The notes under the pieces: generated by a model
The model's input: only the letters and a program-made list of their open reading frames with translations
The model's database searches: none
Told to the model about the DNA's origin: nothing
Position numbers and translations under genes: made by a program
Origin: Octopus sinensis
Lineage: Eukaryota
Direction of reading: 5' to 3'
Assembly (NCBI RefSeq): GCF_006345805.1
Contig: NC_043002.1
Coordinates: 45,322,001-45,386,000 of the forward strand
DNA: 64,000 nucleotides
Part shown: positions 50,817 through 62,797 of the stretch, piece after piece
How positions within the stretch are numbered: the stretch's first letter is position 1
Layout of the letters: every line of letters starts with the position of its first letter

Positions 50817-51428
50817 TTCCCCCATTGTCATATGCGATATTTTATTCAAATACTAGTCTTGAACCATTTTTGGATAGTTCAACAAAAACACGTGATCATT
50901 TTAGATTCATTGTCGTCACAGGAGTTATTTTGCCCAATCAAAAATTTTAGCCAATCAGAAACTAGTCTGTAAAGCCTGGTTTTGACCATATCAAGCAAGT
51001 AAAAATTTATTAACCATTCATTATTCATGATTCGTTCCAGACCGAACAAGATGCCCCTCTTTTCTCATACTAGTAGTTATAGCTAAGCTCTCACATTCTC
51101 TCTCGTTTGGCTAGCCCTCAGTATTCTGTTTCAGCCATAACACAATAGAAAGTACTTTAAGCTGAACGAGAATGTGTCCTCGTAGAATATCTTCTACTAG
51201 TTTTTAAAAAAAGTATTCAGATTTTTTCTTTGCTGTCACTGATCTGACCACTTCACATACGATTTAACAAACAAAATATTTCTAACAGCACAAATATTCT
51301 CAGCAACACATTATTCAACTGACTTTCTAAAACACTAAAAATGTGTGTACATTTTCCGTAACACATTTATACAACGTCTAATTGACTTATCAATTTACAT
51401 CTTCAAAAGCTCATTTATATCAACTGTA

Positions 51429-51642
51429 CGAGGAGTGCTGAAACGTTGCTGGTTTTAAGGATATCGCAAAAGGTCTGGTGGGATGCCAACCTTTCGAGTT
51501 CTTTTATAAGGCTTAGAAAACTGAAGGACCGCTGCAATAAGTGTGTGAATTTGAGAGGAGAATATGTTGATTAAAATCATAATTAGCTGATGCTCCTCTA
51601 TTTTCTTTTACCCAAAGCCAGGAACGTTTCAGCACTCCCTCG
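51429..51642. mobile_element. Complete mariner-type MITE
   Basis: TA TSD at 51427-51428 and 51643-51644; TIRs CGAGGAGTGCTGAAACGTT / AACGTTTCAGCACTCCCTCG. Confidence 0.9.
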
Positions 51643-52698
51643 TACTTCGATGTTCCATCACAAGATCCAGATCTTGTTGTGGTGTAGTGGCTTGTGTGCC
51701 TAAGTGACTCTAAAAGCTGTGCCAGCGGAGCACATGCTCCTGGTAGGGTTTCTCATGCTAATCAGGTCAAAGGATAGAAACCAGACTTATATGGACCACT
51801 TCTTTCCAGAGGTAAAAATAGATTTCGTTAATACTCCTACCTTGAAGAAAGCAAATTTATAGAAACATCGGTAACAATTCAAAGCCAGCAAAACCTACAA
51901 GACAATGGCCTTCCCTCGAGGAAACACATAATATGATGCAACAAAATCCGAAAAGAAAGAAAGCAACACGTCAGAGCATGTATTACACGTCAGAGCATGA
52001 CACGGAACCCACAAGAAAGGCGGGAGAGAAGACACCCTAAAAATAGCTGGAGTGGGGATATTGAGGCAGAGCTGAAAAAGCAGGGATCCAACTGAAGAGA
52101 AATAGAAAAGACAACCCAGAGTCAAGGACAGTGAAAAAAAGTAGTTAATGGCTTATGCTCCATAGGGAGCAAAGGACAAGTAATTTGACTGTTGTAAATT
52201 TTCCGCTATTCCATTTCAATATGTATACTTACACTGCGTAACACGATTTTTGTCCTTGGATGGCAACTGTTATTTCCTGTTTGCTTATCCCTAGAAAGTA
52301 TGAAAAAGGGCTAATATTTCCTTCCAACTTTGCTTTTCTTCAAACCCCTAAAAATCCCTCCCGACACATGGCTATGATGCTCTTCCACTACAATTGCTCA
52401 TGATCAGAGATGTACATATTGTCAGTCACTAAGGGACATGCTCAAATGGTTACGGTCAAGCGCCTGACAAACAAATCTGTAGTATTGAGCAAAATATTTG
52501 CTATAACGATATTTCTGCTTCAGCAATGAATCTATGTAATGGAAAATAGATCAGTTTCAAAACATTGATGTCCAGGTCACAAAAGCAAAGTCTGAAGGGA
52601 ACAGTAGTTATTGTCTTTGATTTCTAAATAGAAGCAATTAGAAAGTAACACTTAGTGACCAAAGACAAGCAAAAAATTTTGTTACATTGTGTTTTTGC

Positions 52699-52735
52699 TT
52701 TATTGTACCAAGATCTGTTGGGATCTATTTTTATT
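52699..52735 (-). terminator. Candidate distal CPSF1 polyadenylation signals (two AATAAA)
   Basis: AATAAA at 52735-52730 and 52704-52699 on the minus strand, followed by a U-rich tract at about 52680-52655. Lies near the edge of the CpG-depleted domain. Confidence 0.4.
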
Positions 52736-52816
52736 GGTATAGGTGCAGGTATGGCTGTGTAATTAAGAAAACTGTTTCCCAACCACATGGCTTCAAGCTA
52801 CAGGTTCAGTCCCATC

Positions 52817-53135
52817 GTGGTTGCTTTCAGACAATTCATGAGGCACCCATTTTTCAAGTTTAGGAACCTTTCCAAGTTGTTGAAAATGACGATGAACAGT
52901 TGTATGGTTTGAACTAAGCTTTACTGCCAATTCTTCAACTGATAATGCAGGATTTTCTTCAAGTAATGCCTCAAGGAGTTTATCATCAAACTCAATTGGA
53001 TGTCCTGTTCGATCTTCATCTTCAAGGCTGAAATTTCCACTTCTGAATTTTGCAAACCATCTTCTGCAATTTCTTTCAGTCAAGCATTCTTTCTCATAAA
53101 CTGAGTGTATGATTCGAGTCGCACTGGCTGCAGAG
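52817..53135 (-). mobile_element. Mariner transposase N-terminal (HTH) fragment without TIRs
   Basis: Open frame ATRIIHSVY...RRWFAKFRSGNFSLEDEDRTGHP...KWVPHELS with the HTH region and WVPHEL linker motif. Bounded by a 21-nt T run (53136-53156) and a SINE head. Confidence 0.9.
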
Positions 53136-53966
53136 TTTTTTTTTTTTTTTTTTTTTGTACTCATAAAGCATTATGTGCCTTAAATGCTCTTTGGATACTT
53201 CCATGTTAGAAAGGGTTTTAATCAAAGAAATTCTAATTCTATTATTCTGTAAAATAATACTTAATTAGTTTAAATGTACACAAATGCATTAAAATAATTT
53301 TAAATTCCATTAGGCTCCTTTCAATTTCTGTCAGCCAAATCAACTTATAAGGCTTTGATTGACCTAAGGTTATAGAAGAAAACACTTGATCAACATGGTA
53401 CACAGTGAGACTGAACTCAATATCACATGATTCTTCTTACCACACAGCCATGCCTGCACTTCATTTTTTTTTTCCAAATGAGATTATAGTGACTTTGTCA
53501 GTGAGAAGCTGAAATTTCAATTTCAAATGCCCACTGATGGTAAAAATTTTAGGCACTTTCTTATTTACTAAGAGGATTAGTAGATAAACTATAACACTTG
53601 TGAGATGAGTGTAAAAGTTCATCGGTGGACTTTCAGAACAGCTTTCATTACTTCATGGAGAAGAAAAAGGGTAAGGTGAGTATTTAGTAGTTTGTTTACT
53701 AATCATTTAGTAGATAAAAAAAAAAATTGGGTGTTCATAATAGTAAAGTACCAAACCTTACCCCATAAACAAAGAATTCTCCAACACTGTTCTATGTGGT
53801 CATTTAACATGCCAGAAACAGCAGCTAAATCTCATCCAAATCACATCCTGCTATCTTAAGAATTGGATGGTAATTTGAATAATATAATCCTGGATGCACT
53901 TTGTCAGAAAACAGAAAATGGAATGGTTGTGACTGCAAAAACTTTGATCATAAGTATGCTTCAACA

Positions 53967-54198
53967 GGCGGCGAGCTGACAGAAACGTTAGCACACCGGG
54001 CGAAATGCTTAGCGGTATTTCATCTGCCACTACATTCTGAGTGCAAATTCCGCCAAGGTCGACTTTGCCTTTCATCCTTTCGGGGTCGATTAAATAAGTA
54101 CCAGTTACGCACTGGGGTCGATATAATCGACTTAATCCGTTTGTCTGTCCTTGTTTGTCCACTCTGTATTTAGCCCCTTGTGGGTAGTAAAGAAATAG
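53967..54198 (+). mobile_element. SINE family A, long-tail subfamily, intact
   Basis: 10-bp TSD GTATGCTTCA at 53954-53963 and 54199-54208; tail ends GTAGTAAAGAAATAG. Confidence 0.92.
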
Positions 54199-54638
54199 GT
54201 ATGCTTCACTGAAGTAAATTTTCTGAAAGTGGATGCCCCTCCCTGTCGTCAAAACCTCACTTGTTTGCCTATCACCAGATATATTTTCAGGGAAGTATGA
54301 CGGTGAGATTCTCACATTAACAACTATATCATATTATGCACTAGACTAAACATTTAGTTATAACGGTTTTGCCAGCTCACTGTTTTGAGAGTTAAATAAA
54401 AAGAACAACAACAATAACAGCTCTTCTTTATCATAATATTTTGTTTTCTATCTAAATAATTCGAGAAAAGCATTATTTTTTTTTTTTTTTTTTCATTTCT
54501 GCAAAAGTCAGTCTCCAGTCTCCAAGACAAACGTATAACAATAATTAGGTTTGCTTGACAAAACAAAAACAGAATGAAAGAAAATATGTTTATAATGGAA
54601 AAAAAACATACAACACAAATATCAATGGATGGAAATGA

Positions 54639-54644
54639 TTTAAT
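54639..54644 (-). terminator. Candidate proximal CPSF1 polyadenylation signal (ATTAAA)
   Basis: ATTAAA on the minus strand ~465 nt after the stop, followed ~20 nt later by a U/GU-rich tract (about 54620-54560). Confidence 0.4.
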
Positions 54645-54694
54645 GAATCAATTCATGTGTAAACATTTAGGGCCCCTATGGAATGTTTAAACCA

Positions 54695-54737
<43 letters not shown>

Positions 54738-54791
54738 TCACATATGTGTATACCTGTACATATGTATTTGATTGTGACTTTATATAAGAGC

Positions 54792-54822
<31 letters not shown>

Positions 54823-54918
54823 ACAGTGAATAACTGGTTATGTATCTATGTGGTTCCATAACTGCGTATGTGTAAGAAACTGTGGTAAGAGTATTTTTGT
54901 GCTTTTGTGTAAAGTGTG

Positions 54919-54949
<31 letters not shown>

Positions 54950-55108
54950 ATCATCCTTGCAAGCTTTCACGAGCTGCCATAGAAACCCATAAAGTCAGTT
55001 GAATAATGATGATGAAGCATTATTGTAGTTGTTATAATATACCACCATCATGACAGATGACAAAAAAAAAAAAAAAAAAGGAAAGAAAACAGTAACAACA
55101 ACGCCTCT

Positions 55109-55156
55109 TTAGAAATGAGAGCTCAAATGGTCGATTTCCATCAAATCATCAATAAT
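55109..55156 (-). CDS. CPSF1: CPSF1 last coding exon, 48 nt including TAA
   Basis: TTTCTTTTCAG acceptor. Translates IIDDLMEIDHLSSHF*, matching the conserved CPSF1 terminus (human IILDDLLETDRVTAHF*, recalled). Phase 0 joins the previous exon. Confidence 0.94.
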   Translation of the reverse strand: MIDDLMEIDHLSSHF

Positions 55157-55519
55157 CTGAAAAGAAAGAATTGATCAATATTATATAATTTTATTAATAA
55201 ACATATGAAATAATATTTTTCCATTTTTTATGAATTCAAATAAAAAAAAAAGATATAATGTTATAGAAGCTACTTGGAATAGATATTTACATTTTATACA
55301 CTAATAATTCTCACAAACTGTATTCTTCTATCACTACCCAGCAAAAGTACACTAGTAAGTACACCTATTTGTGTGTGTGTGTGTGGTTGAGGAGCTGGTT
55401 TCTAAGCCATGTAGTCCTAGGTTCAGTAGCACTGCATAGCACCGAGAGCAAATGTCTTTTACTATAACCCTGGGCCAACCAAAGCTTTGTGAGCAGATTT
55501 GGCAAATGGAGACTGGAAA

Positions 55520-55940
55520 GATCATCATTATCATCATCACCATCACTGTTTAATGTTTGCCTTCCATGCTGGCATAGGTGGTACAGTTTGACAGGAGCCA
55601 GCCAGGTAGAAGCCCACACTAGACTTCTGTGTCTGTTTTGACAGGGTTTTTACAGCTGGATGCCCTTCCTAACACCAACCACCCAGCAGAGTGGACTGAG
55701 GAAGAAATCGTCATCATTAGCAGCAGTAGCATCATTTAGTGTCCATTTTCTATGCTGTCAAGGGTTGGACAGTTTGACGGAAATTGGCAAGGCCAGGAAC
55801 CACACTAGGTTCCATACTCTGTTTTGGCATGGTTTCTACGGCTGGATGCCCTTCCTAACACCAACCACTTTATAGAGTGTATTGGGTGCTTTTTACATGG
55901 CACCATCACCAGTGCATTTTATGTGGCACTATCACCCACA
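55520..55940 (-). mobile_element. Two adjacent family E retroposon ends, (GAT)n-tailed
   Basis: CATCATC..TTTAAT/GTCC...GGATGCCCTTCCTAACACCAACC present twice (about 55520-55690 and 55715-55940). Confidence 0.75.
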
Positions 55941-56987
55941 CCAATGTGGCGGCAGTGGCAGCATTTTAACACCTTTTCTATGATTACATTTTATTATCAC
56001 TATTATGGCCAGGTTCCAACCTGAGCTGCAGCAACAAAGACTACCTTTCACACTTCTCGGTCCATCATCACTGCCTCAAAGTCCTGGATACACTCCAGGC
56101 CACTGTCTGCAATCAAGTTGTCAATGTAAGTGTGATAACATTTTCTTCTTCTTACGTCACTATGAAGTGGATTCCACAAGACTAATTTGGATGCTTCAAG
56201 TTCAGGGTGGTACATGCAGTGACCAAATAGTCACAACCGTCTTTGCCTGCCTTTCTTACCTGCCAAACAAAGACAGGCAAATCTGACCCATGCTTACATG
56301 GTTCAGACAAAATCAGTGACACAGATTTTCTATGGCTAGACAATCTTTCTGTTACCAACCCTCAGCTGTTTCCAGGCAAGGTAATACTTTGCCCTAATCC
56401 AGAGAGGTTTCAATGAAAGGTCGCAAACAAACACCACTTATATGATGGTGAAGTTTTCTCATCGTGTAAGACGTTTTGAACAGCTCATAGGTTAATTGAT
56501 TTAACCTATTTAATGTAGAAATTTGAGAAGTGCTAATTAATTTCTGACGCAAGTGTATATATACCCAAAAGAATGCATTTTGATCGAATCCCCAATGAGT
56601 TAACATGGGATCTCCTAACAACAATGTAAACTTCACATAATTAAGGTATCCTTGGCCTGAAGAGTAACTTACGGTCTACCCCTTGTTCGGATAATTTACT
56701 ACTTCCAAGGTTCCGCTAAAATATGTAGCCTGGATTTTATCTACTCCATTCCCTAACTTTTAGATGTTTATTCACATATACAACAAACCTTGTTACTAAC
56801 TTATTTTTTAAACTATTTTTCAGTTTATCATACTTCAATACGACAAAAATTCACAACCTTCTGCACCAATAAATCACTATTGTTACTAAAAGTTATTTTC
56901 TATATCTTCTATGGATTGCTTGAAGCTAACTAACTTCCTACACCTTGATCCTTGGATCTTACTTTACATATACATATATATATATAT

Positions 56988-57325
56988 CATCATCATCATC
57001 GTTTAACGTCCATTCTCCATGCTAGCATGGGTTGGATGGTTCGACCGGGGATCTGGGAAGCCAGAAGGCTGCACCAGGCTCCAGTCTTATCTGGCAGTGT
57101 TTCTACAGCTGGATGCCCTTCCTAACGCCAACCACTCCGTGAGTGTAGTGGGTGCTTTTTACGTGCCACCTGCACAGGTGCCAGGCGAGGCTGGCAACGG
57201 CCACGGTCGGATTGGTGTATTTTATGTGCCACCGGCACGGAAGCCAGACGAGGCGGTGCTGGCATCGGCTGCGAGTCGGATGGTGCTTTTTACGTACCAC
57301 CAGACCAGGGATCCTGGCTGGTTCA
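56988..57325 (-). mobile_element. Family E retroposon, young copy with three ~60-bp internal units
   Basis: (CAT)n start, GGATGCCCTTCCTAACGCCAACC core, and TTTTA(C/T)GT(G/A)CCACC x3. CpGs retained. Confidence 0.8.
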
Positions 57326-57396
57326 ATTCGATTTCGATTTATATATATATATATATATATATAAATAATAAATAAATAAATAAATATGAAACCCAC

Positions 57397-57535
57397 CTGA
57401 TCAACAGTAATACCGATACGGCGGGCAACTTCACTTTTCTCAATTACACTCAGATTGGTGTATTTCCACAACAGCTCACCATCAAGAATATTTCGACTTG
57501 GGTTGAACAACTCTGGAATAGTGGCCTTCGCAGCC
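57397..57535 (-). CDS. CPSF1: CPSF1 penultimate coding exon, 139 nt, phase 2 to 0
   Basis: TTTCCTTTCAG acceptor and GTGGGT donor. Translates (R)AAKATIPELFNPSRNILDGELLWKYTNLSVIEKSEVARRIGITVDQ, matching the CPSF1/DDB1-family C-terminal RNxLDGELL motif. Confidence 0.95.
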
Positions 57536-58420
57536 CTGAAAGGAAAATGATCACTCAATCAATACCAAAACATCATAGTTATATACGAGATAAAAAAAAT
57601 TAAAAAAAGATGGTATGATAATCATAATTTATGTACAGATACATTCTAGGTTCAGTCCTGCTGTACTGCATTTTGGGCAAGTGTCTTCTACTATAGCCCC
57701 AGGCTGACTAAAACCTGAACGAATCTAAATTTGGTAGACAGAAACTGAAAGAGGCACTTCCTACGCATGCATGTGCATGTGTGTGTATCTGTGTGTGTGT
57801 TTACATTTGCATTTCACTGAAAATTGCTGGGCTACAAGTAGTGGAATTGCTGTCATTTCCCTTGGCAACAAACCATCTACTGGTTTTCTGCCATCAAAGA
57901 TGTATGGAATAAGAGATGCCGTACTTGAAACAAAAAAAAAACAGCTAAAGATTAGCAACAGGAAAGGCCTATGGCATTGCTTTATAAAACAACACTTCAG
58001 TAATATATTCATCTGATTTGCGATGGCATTGAAAAACAGATAAACAAAAGATATGGTCATTATAATAATTTTATCATGTGCCACTACAAACATAAGCGTT
58101 AAAATAAACCCACATAAAATGTATAAACATCATCATCATCATCATTATCACCACCACCATCATATTGCATCTAATTTTCCATGATGGCAAGAGTGGGCGG
58201 GGTATCAACTAGTGCAGAATCTAACTACTTCATGCAGTCCTTTGTCACCTCTTTCATAAAATTCAGCTGCCCAAGATCATTTATTTACCACTTCTTCCTG
58301 TATCTTCCTCTTCCACAGGTTTCTTTCCCCATGGATTGCCTATCATTGTCCGTACACGTCACATATCCATACTTGCACAGTCCTTCTCTCATGTACATAC
58401 ATCTCTTTTTTTTTCCCTTT

Positions 58421-58621
58421 TCTCTTTTACTTGTTTCAGTCATTTGACTGCGGCCATGCTGGAGCACCGCCTTTAGTCGAGCAAATCGACCCCGGGACTT
58501 ATTCTTTGTAAGCCCAGTACTTATTCTATCGGTCTCTTTTGCCGAACCGCTAAGTGACGGGGACCTAAACTCACCAGCATCGGTTGTCAAGCAATGCTAG
58601 AGGGACAAACACAGACACACA

Positions 58622-58652
<31 letters not shown>

Positions 58653-58728
58653 CACACACACAACACACACACACACACACACATACATACATACATACTA
58701 CATACATACATACATACATACATCATAC

Positions 58729-58801
<73 letters not shown>

Positions 58802-58967
58802 TACAACAGGCTTCTTTCAGTTTCCGTCTACCAAATCCACTCACAAGGCATTGGTCGGCCCGGGGCTATAGCAGAAGACACTTGCCCAAGATGCCACGCA
58901 GTGGGACTGAACCCGGAACCATGTGGTTGGTTAGCAAGCTACTTACCACACAGCCACTCCTACGCCT
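58421..58967 (-). mobile_element. SINE family B, young full-length copy in a CPSF1 intron
   Basis: Nearly identical to 25290-25705; internal microsatellite about 190 bp. Confidence 0.92.
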
Positions 58968-59387
58968 ATATTTGATTCCTTTCATTTTTTGGGGGGGGTT
59001 TCTCTCTCAGCTCATATGTGCTCTACTGTTCATACACACTAATATCACACATCCAGTTACAGCAGTGAACTAGCAGAATCATTAGCATTCACAATAAGGG
59101 GATCAGGAGTGGAGAAAAGGAAGGCTTCAAAAGAGATTGTGGGGAAAGGCTTGACAGAACCTTAATTCTGATGAGATGGACAGGTCTTTTCAGAACTGCT
59201 TTGCAGGGTTAGTCAATCAAATTATCCCTAATACTAATTTTAAGTTTGCTTCCCAACCACATGGTTTCCAGTTCAGTCCCATTGTGTTGCTCCTTGAACA
59301 AGTATCTTCTACTATAACCCCAGGCTGACCAAAGCCTTATCAGTGGATTTGGTATACAGAAACTGAAAAAAGCCTTGTCAGCATAAT

Positions 59388-59712
59388 CATTATCATCATC
59401 ATCATTTAGCATCCGTTTTCTATGCTGGCAATAGGTTAGACAGTTTGACTGGAATAAGATAAACCAGAGAGCTGCACCAGGCTCCAGTCTGTTTTGGCTT
59501 GGTTTCTATGTCTGGATGCCCTTCCTAATGCCAACCACTTCATAGAGTGTACTGGGTATCTTTTACATGTCACCAGCACAGGTTTTTTTTATGTGCCACT
59601 GCACAGATGCTTTTTGTGTGTCACCAGCACAGGTGCCTTTCATGTGTCACCATCACAGGTGCCTTTTGCATGTCATCAGCACGGGTGCCTCACATGTGTC
59701 ACCAGTGCAGAA
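59388..59712 (-). mobile_element. Family E retroposon with ~6 internal ~25-bp units
   Basis: Shared core, then repeats of GGTGCTTTTT(AC)ATGTCACCAGCACA-like units. Confidence 0.78.
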
Positions 59713-60084
59713 ACATGTCTGATCATGAATGAATAACCCCACAAAACCTAAGGAAGATGTGAGGAGAAAAAAGGTGAGATCAGATTTTAAAAGCTATGAC
59801 TTCACAAAAGAGATGACAAAAATAATCAAGATAACTAGCAATATGCTGCATGGTATACATCTCTAAAAATTCATCCAAGCATAAAAGAATCAATACTAAA
59901 ATATCAATAGTGATGATGATAATGATGGTAAAAGAACTCAGGCTTTTCATTTTTCATCAATCTTCTGCTTAATTTCGAACAGTTTGTGTTAAAAATAAAA
60001 GAAACTGAAGTAGAGTATTTTAATATATCAATGATAAGATATATAATCTGAGAACATTGTGAAACAAATGGACATCAAAGATAC

Positions 60085-60214
60085 CTGTATGCCTTGGGAT
60101 TAAGACCAGCTATGTGTGGAATGAGAGTTGCCATGGCATTTTGCAACATGAGTAAACGACGATATACCTTCTCAGAAATAGGCATTACAAACCCAATACT
60201 GCCATCAAGTGTTG
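60085..60214 (-). CDS. CPSF1: CPSF1 internal coding exon, 130 nt, phase 1 to 2
   Basis: TTTCAG acceptor and GTATCT donor. Translates (A)[42 protein letters not shown](R), matching the conserved TLDG...[12 protein letters not shown]...AGLNP. Phases join both neighbouring exons. Confidence 0.96.
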
Positions 60215-61609
60215 CTGAAAGAATAGGAAATAGATTCATATATCAAAAGAAAAGAAAAACATATAAACAGAACCACTTGGGTTCAGAGAAAGAAAATATT
60301 TAACAAATGCAAATTCTTATTATTGTAGAACAGCATTAGCTTCAGTCAAAGCTAGCAAAATTCAGATAGTAACTACTCATTATGTCAGCTAATAATATTT
60401 CTAGCAAAGATTTTTTTTTCATGTTTCCTAAGTCATTTTTTCTTTTTTAACCAGGTTAATTGATTTTAGTTTAAGGATTAGATTTTTAATATTATAAAAC
60501 TAACACATGAAAACTTGAAGATCAGATGTTGTGTTCAACAGAGCAATAAGAACACTGGACTGGATACTTTCTTTCATCATCTCAGAATCTGGTGGAGTTG
60601 AACTTTTGAATTTGATTTCTTTAGGATGAATAAAGGAAGAACTTAGTGGGAGCAGAGTGTAAAAAGATACCATCATGTTAACAGTAGCAGTTAATGAAAA
60701 TGTGGTTTAAACATCAGCTACTTTTGGTTTCCACATATGAATGAAGAAAATGGTAATGTGAGTTAAAAGAGATGAGCTAAATAAACTGTTAAATAAACTG
60801 GCTTTATACAGTATAAAAGATCTGTATTGGTTAAACTACCATGGAATTATAAAATTCTGAAATATATCAAGAGAATATGAGGTGTCCTATAACCCAGTGG
60901 GTTAATAAGTCTCTTTTCAAGTAGTGAATATAAAATCAACTAGGCAAAACCCATTTTTCCCAAAAGGTTTTTCCTGCCAGTATCACGGTGCAGCTGCTCA
61001 ATAGGGACATTAACCACAAAAATTTCACTAATTTTGGAAGGGCTGCAATGGCACTCTTCCAGACCCTTCTTCAAGACCAATCCTCTCACAAACATTCATC
61101 AGTCAGTTGTACAAGAAGCTACTACAGTAACTTGTATCTGCTCAAGAATCAGTTGTTGAAGTTTAGTCCTTAGTCAGCTTTGACCTAGTAGACCTATAAT
61201 CAGAGACATGCCAGCAGTATCCTTCTCATTTTTACTTCCTTAATCAAAAGAGGAAAGGACTGATGATAAGGGAGGAAGATAACTTCAGACTAGAGGCTTG
61301 CTTGAATGTTTTACAACAGAATGGTCTCTGCTAAAAGCACCAACAGGACAGAAGGTAGTGTTAAACTTTCTGATAAATTAAGTCTACCACTCTGTATATA
61401 TATAGAGAGAGAGTTAGATTATATAATGTGTTCTTCATTCTTAAGTCAATAATGTGTTGAGGGAGATTTGGTTATTGTTTCTAGTATGTGGGATGTTCAC
61501 ATATGAGGTTCTCTAAATGTAAAAAAAAAATGCTTTACATTTAGGTAAACTGGGCCAACGAGTGATAGGTGTCTTTGCCTAAGACAAAGATATCACAACA
61601 CTTAATATA

Positions 61610-61880
61610 TCATCATCATATAATATTTGTTGTCCATGCTGGCATGGGTTGGACGGTTTGACCAGAGCTGGCAAGCTGGGGAGCTGCACCAGACTCCAGT
61701 CTGATTTGGCATGGTTTCTATGACTCAATGCCTTTCCTAGCACCAACCACTTTCCTGAGTGTGCTGGGTACTTTTCGTGGCACTGCACAGGCATTTTTAC
61801 ATGTCATCATAGAGGTGCTTTTACATGGCACTGCACAGGCACTTTTATATGGCGTCACCATGAGTGCTTTACACCACCAT
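61610..61880 (-). mobile_element. Family E retroposon with ~5 internal units
   Basis: Shared (CAT)n/CCATGCTGGCATGGGTTGGACGG core and tandem units. Confidence 0.75.
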
Positions 61881-62638
61881 AAGGATTGGTCTTAACACTT
61901 CTGTTGCAGAGTACAGAACTTCTTGAATACAGCAAGTTGCCAATTATCTCAGTCCTTTATCATCTTGTCTGAGAGGTTCAGTGTCCTGAGATCATTCTTC
62001 AGTACTTCATCCCATGTCTTCCTGGGCCTCTCACTTCCACATGTTCCATCTATGATGCAAACCATTAATCATTCAAGCAAATGCAGAAAGCACTTCAACT
62101 CAATCTGCTGGGATTTTCCAATTAAATACACACATCATCACATGACCAACCAGGCTATCAGATATTGTTACACATTGCTGGTCACAATATGCTTTGCATT
62201 GTTTTAACCTTCAAATGACGCCACACTAATGGCTAGTTGAACAGGCCAACATTCCCCCTTGATCAAAAAGGGAGACTGCAGCAATGTGAAATGAAGTGTT
62301 TTGCTCAAGAACACAATGCACCAACACCTGGTCTGGGAATCAAACCCACAATCATGAGTGCAACAGCCTGACTACTGGAACTACACACCTTCACAAATAC
62401 ATACATACAACTACAGAAATCACTTTTGGTTAATGGAATTAGCATAACAACCATCTCTTTCAAAGCCAGTAACCCAGTGCCTTATCAGATAGGTGAGCCA
62501 CCATTCTTACAATATTTACAAAAGATCTTCAGAAAAAAAAATTAGTATGTCAAGAATTACCATAATGAGCAACAAAATGAATAATACAAGTTTTTTTTAA
62601 ACTTACAGACAAAGAAAATGTTTAATACTGTAACCTAC

Positions 62639-62797
62639 CAAAGAAAGTAATATGTCTTTTTTCAGCAACACTAATCATTTTGCGATCAATTGATTGATCT
62701 GATAATTTACATCTCACTCGGAAAGTACTGAGAACATGTGATCCAATGTTCATGTCAGCTCGCCGTAAAAGTCTCTGTCCACCACAACTTTTCCTCG
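62639..62797 (-). CDS. CPSF1: CPSF1 (CPSF160) internal coding exon, 159 nt, phase 1 to 1
   Basis: AG acceptor at 62799-62798 and GTAGGT donor at 62638. Translates (A)RKSCGGQRLLRRADMNIGSHVLSTFRVRCKLSDQSIDRKMISVAEKRHITFF, matching the CPSF1 beta-propeller C segment (human [22 protein letters not shown]...KHITWF, recalled). Confidence 0.93.

Noticed and set aside
53851-54315. 154-aa ORF just downstream of CPSF1
   Set aside because: Mostly the antisense reading of the family A SINE at 53967-54198.
57103-57558. 151-aa ORF as a single CDS
   Set aside because: Only 57535-57397 is a CPSF1 exon; the rest reads through intron microsatellite and a family E element.
60128-60141. X-box-like GTTGCCATGGCATT
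   Set aside because: Imperfect, and lies inside a CPSF1 coding exon (NAMAT codons).
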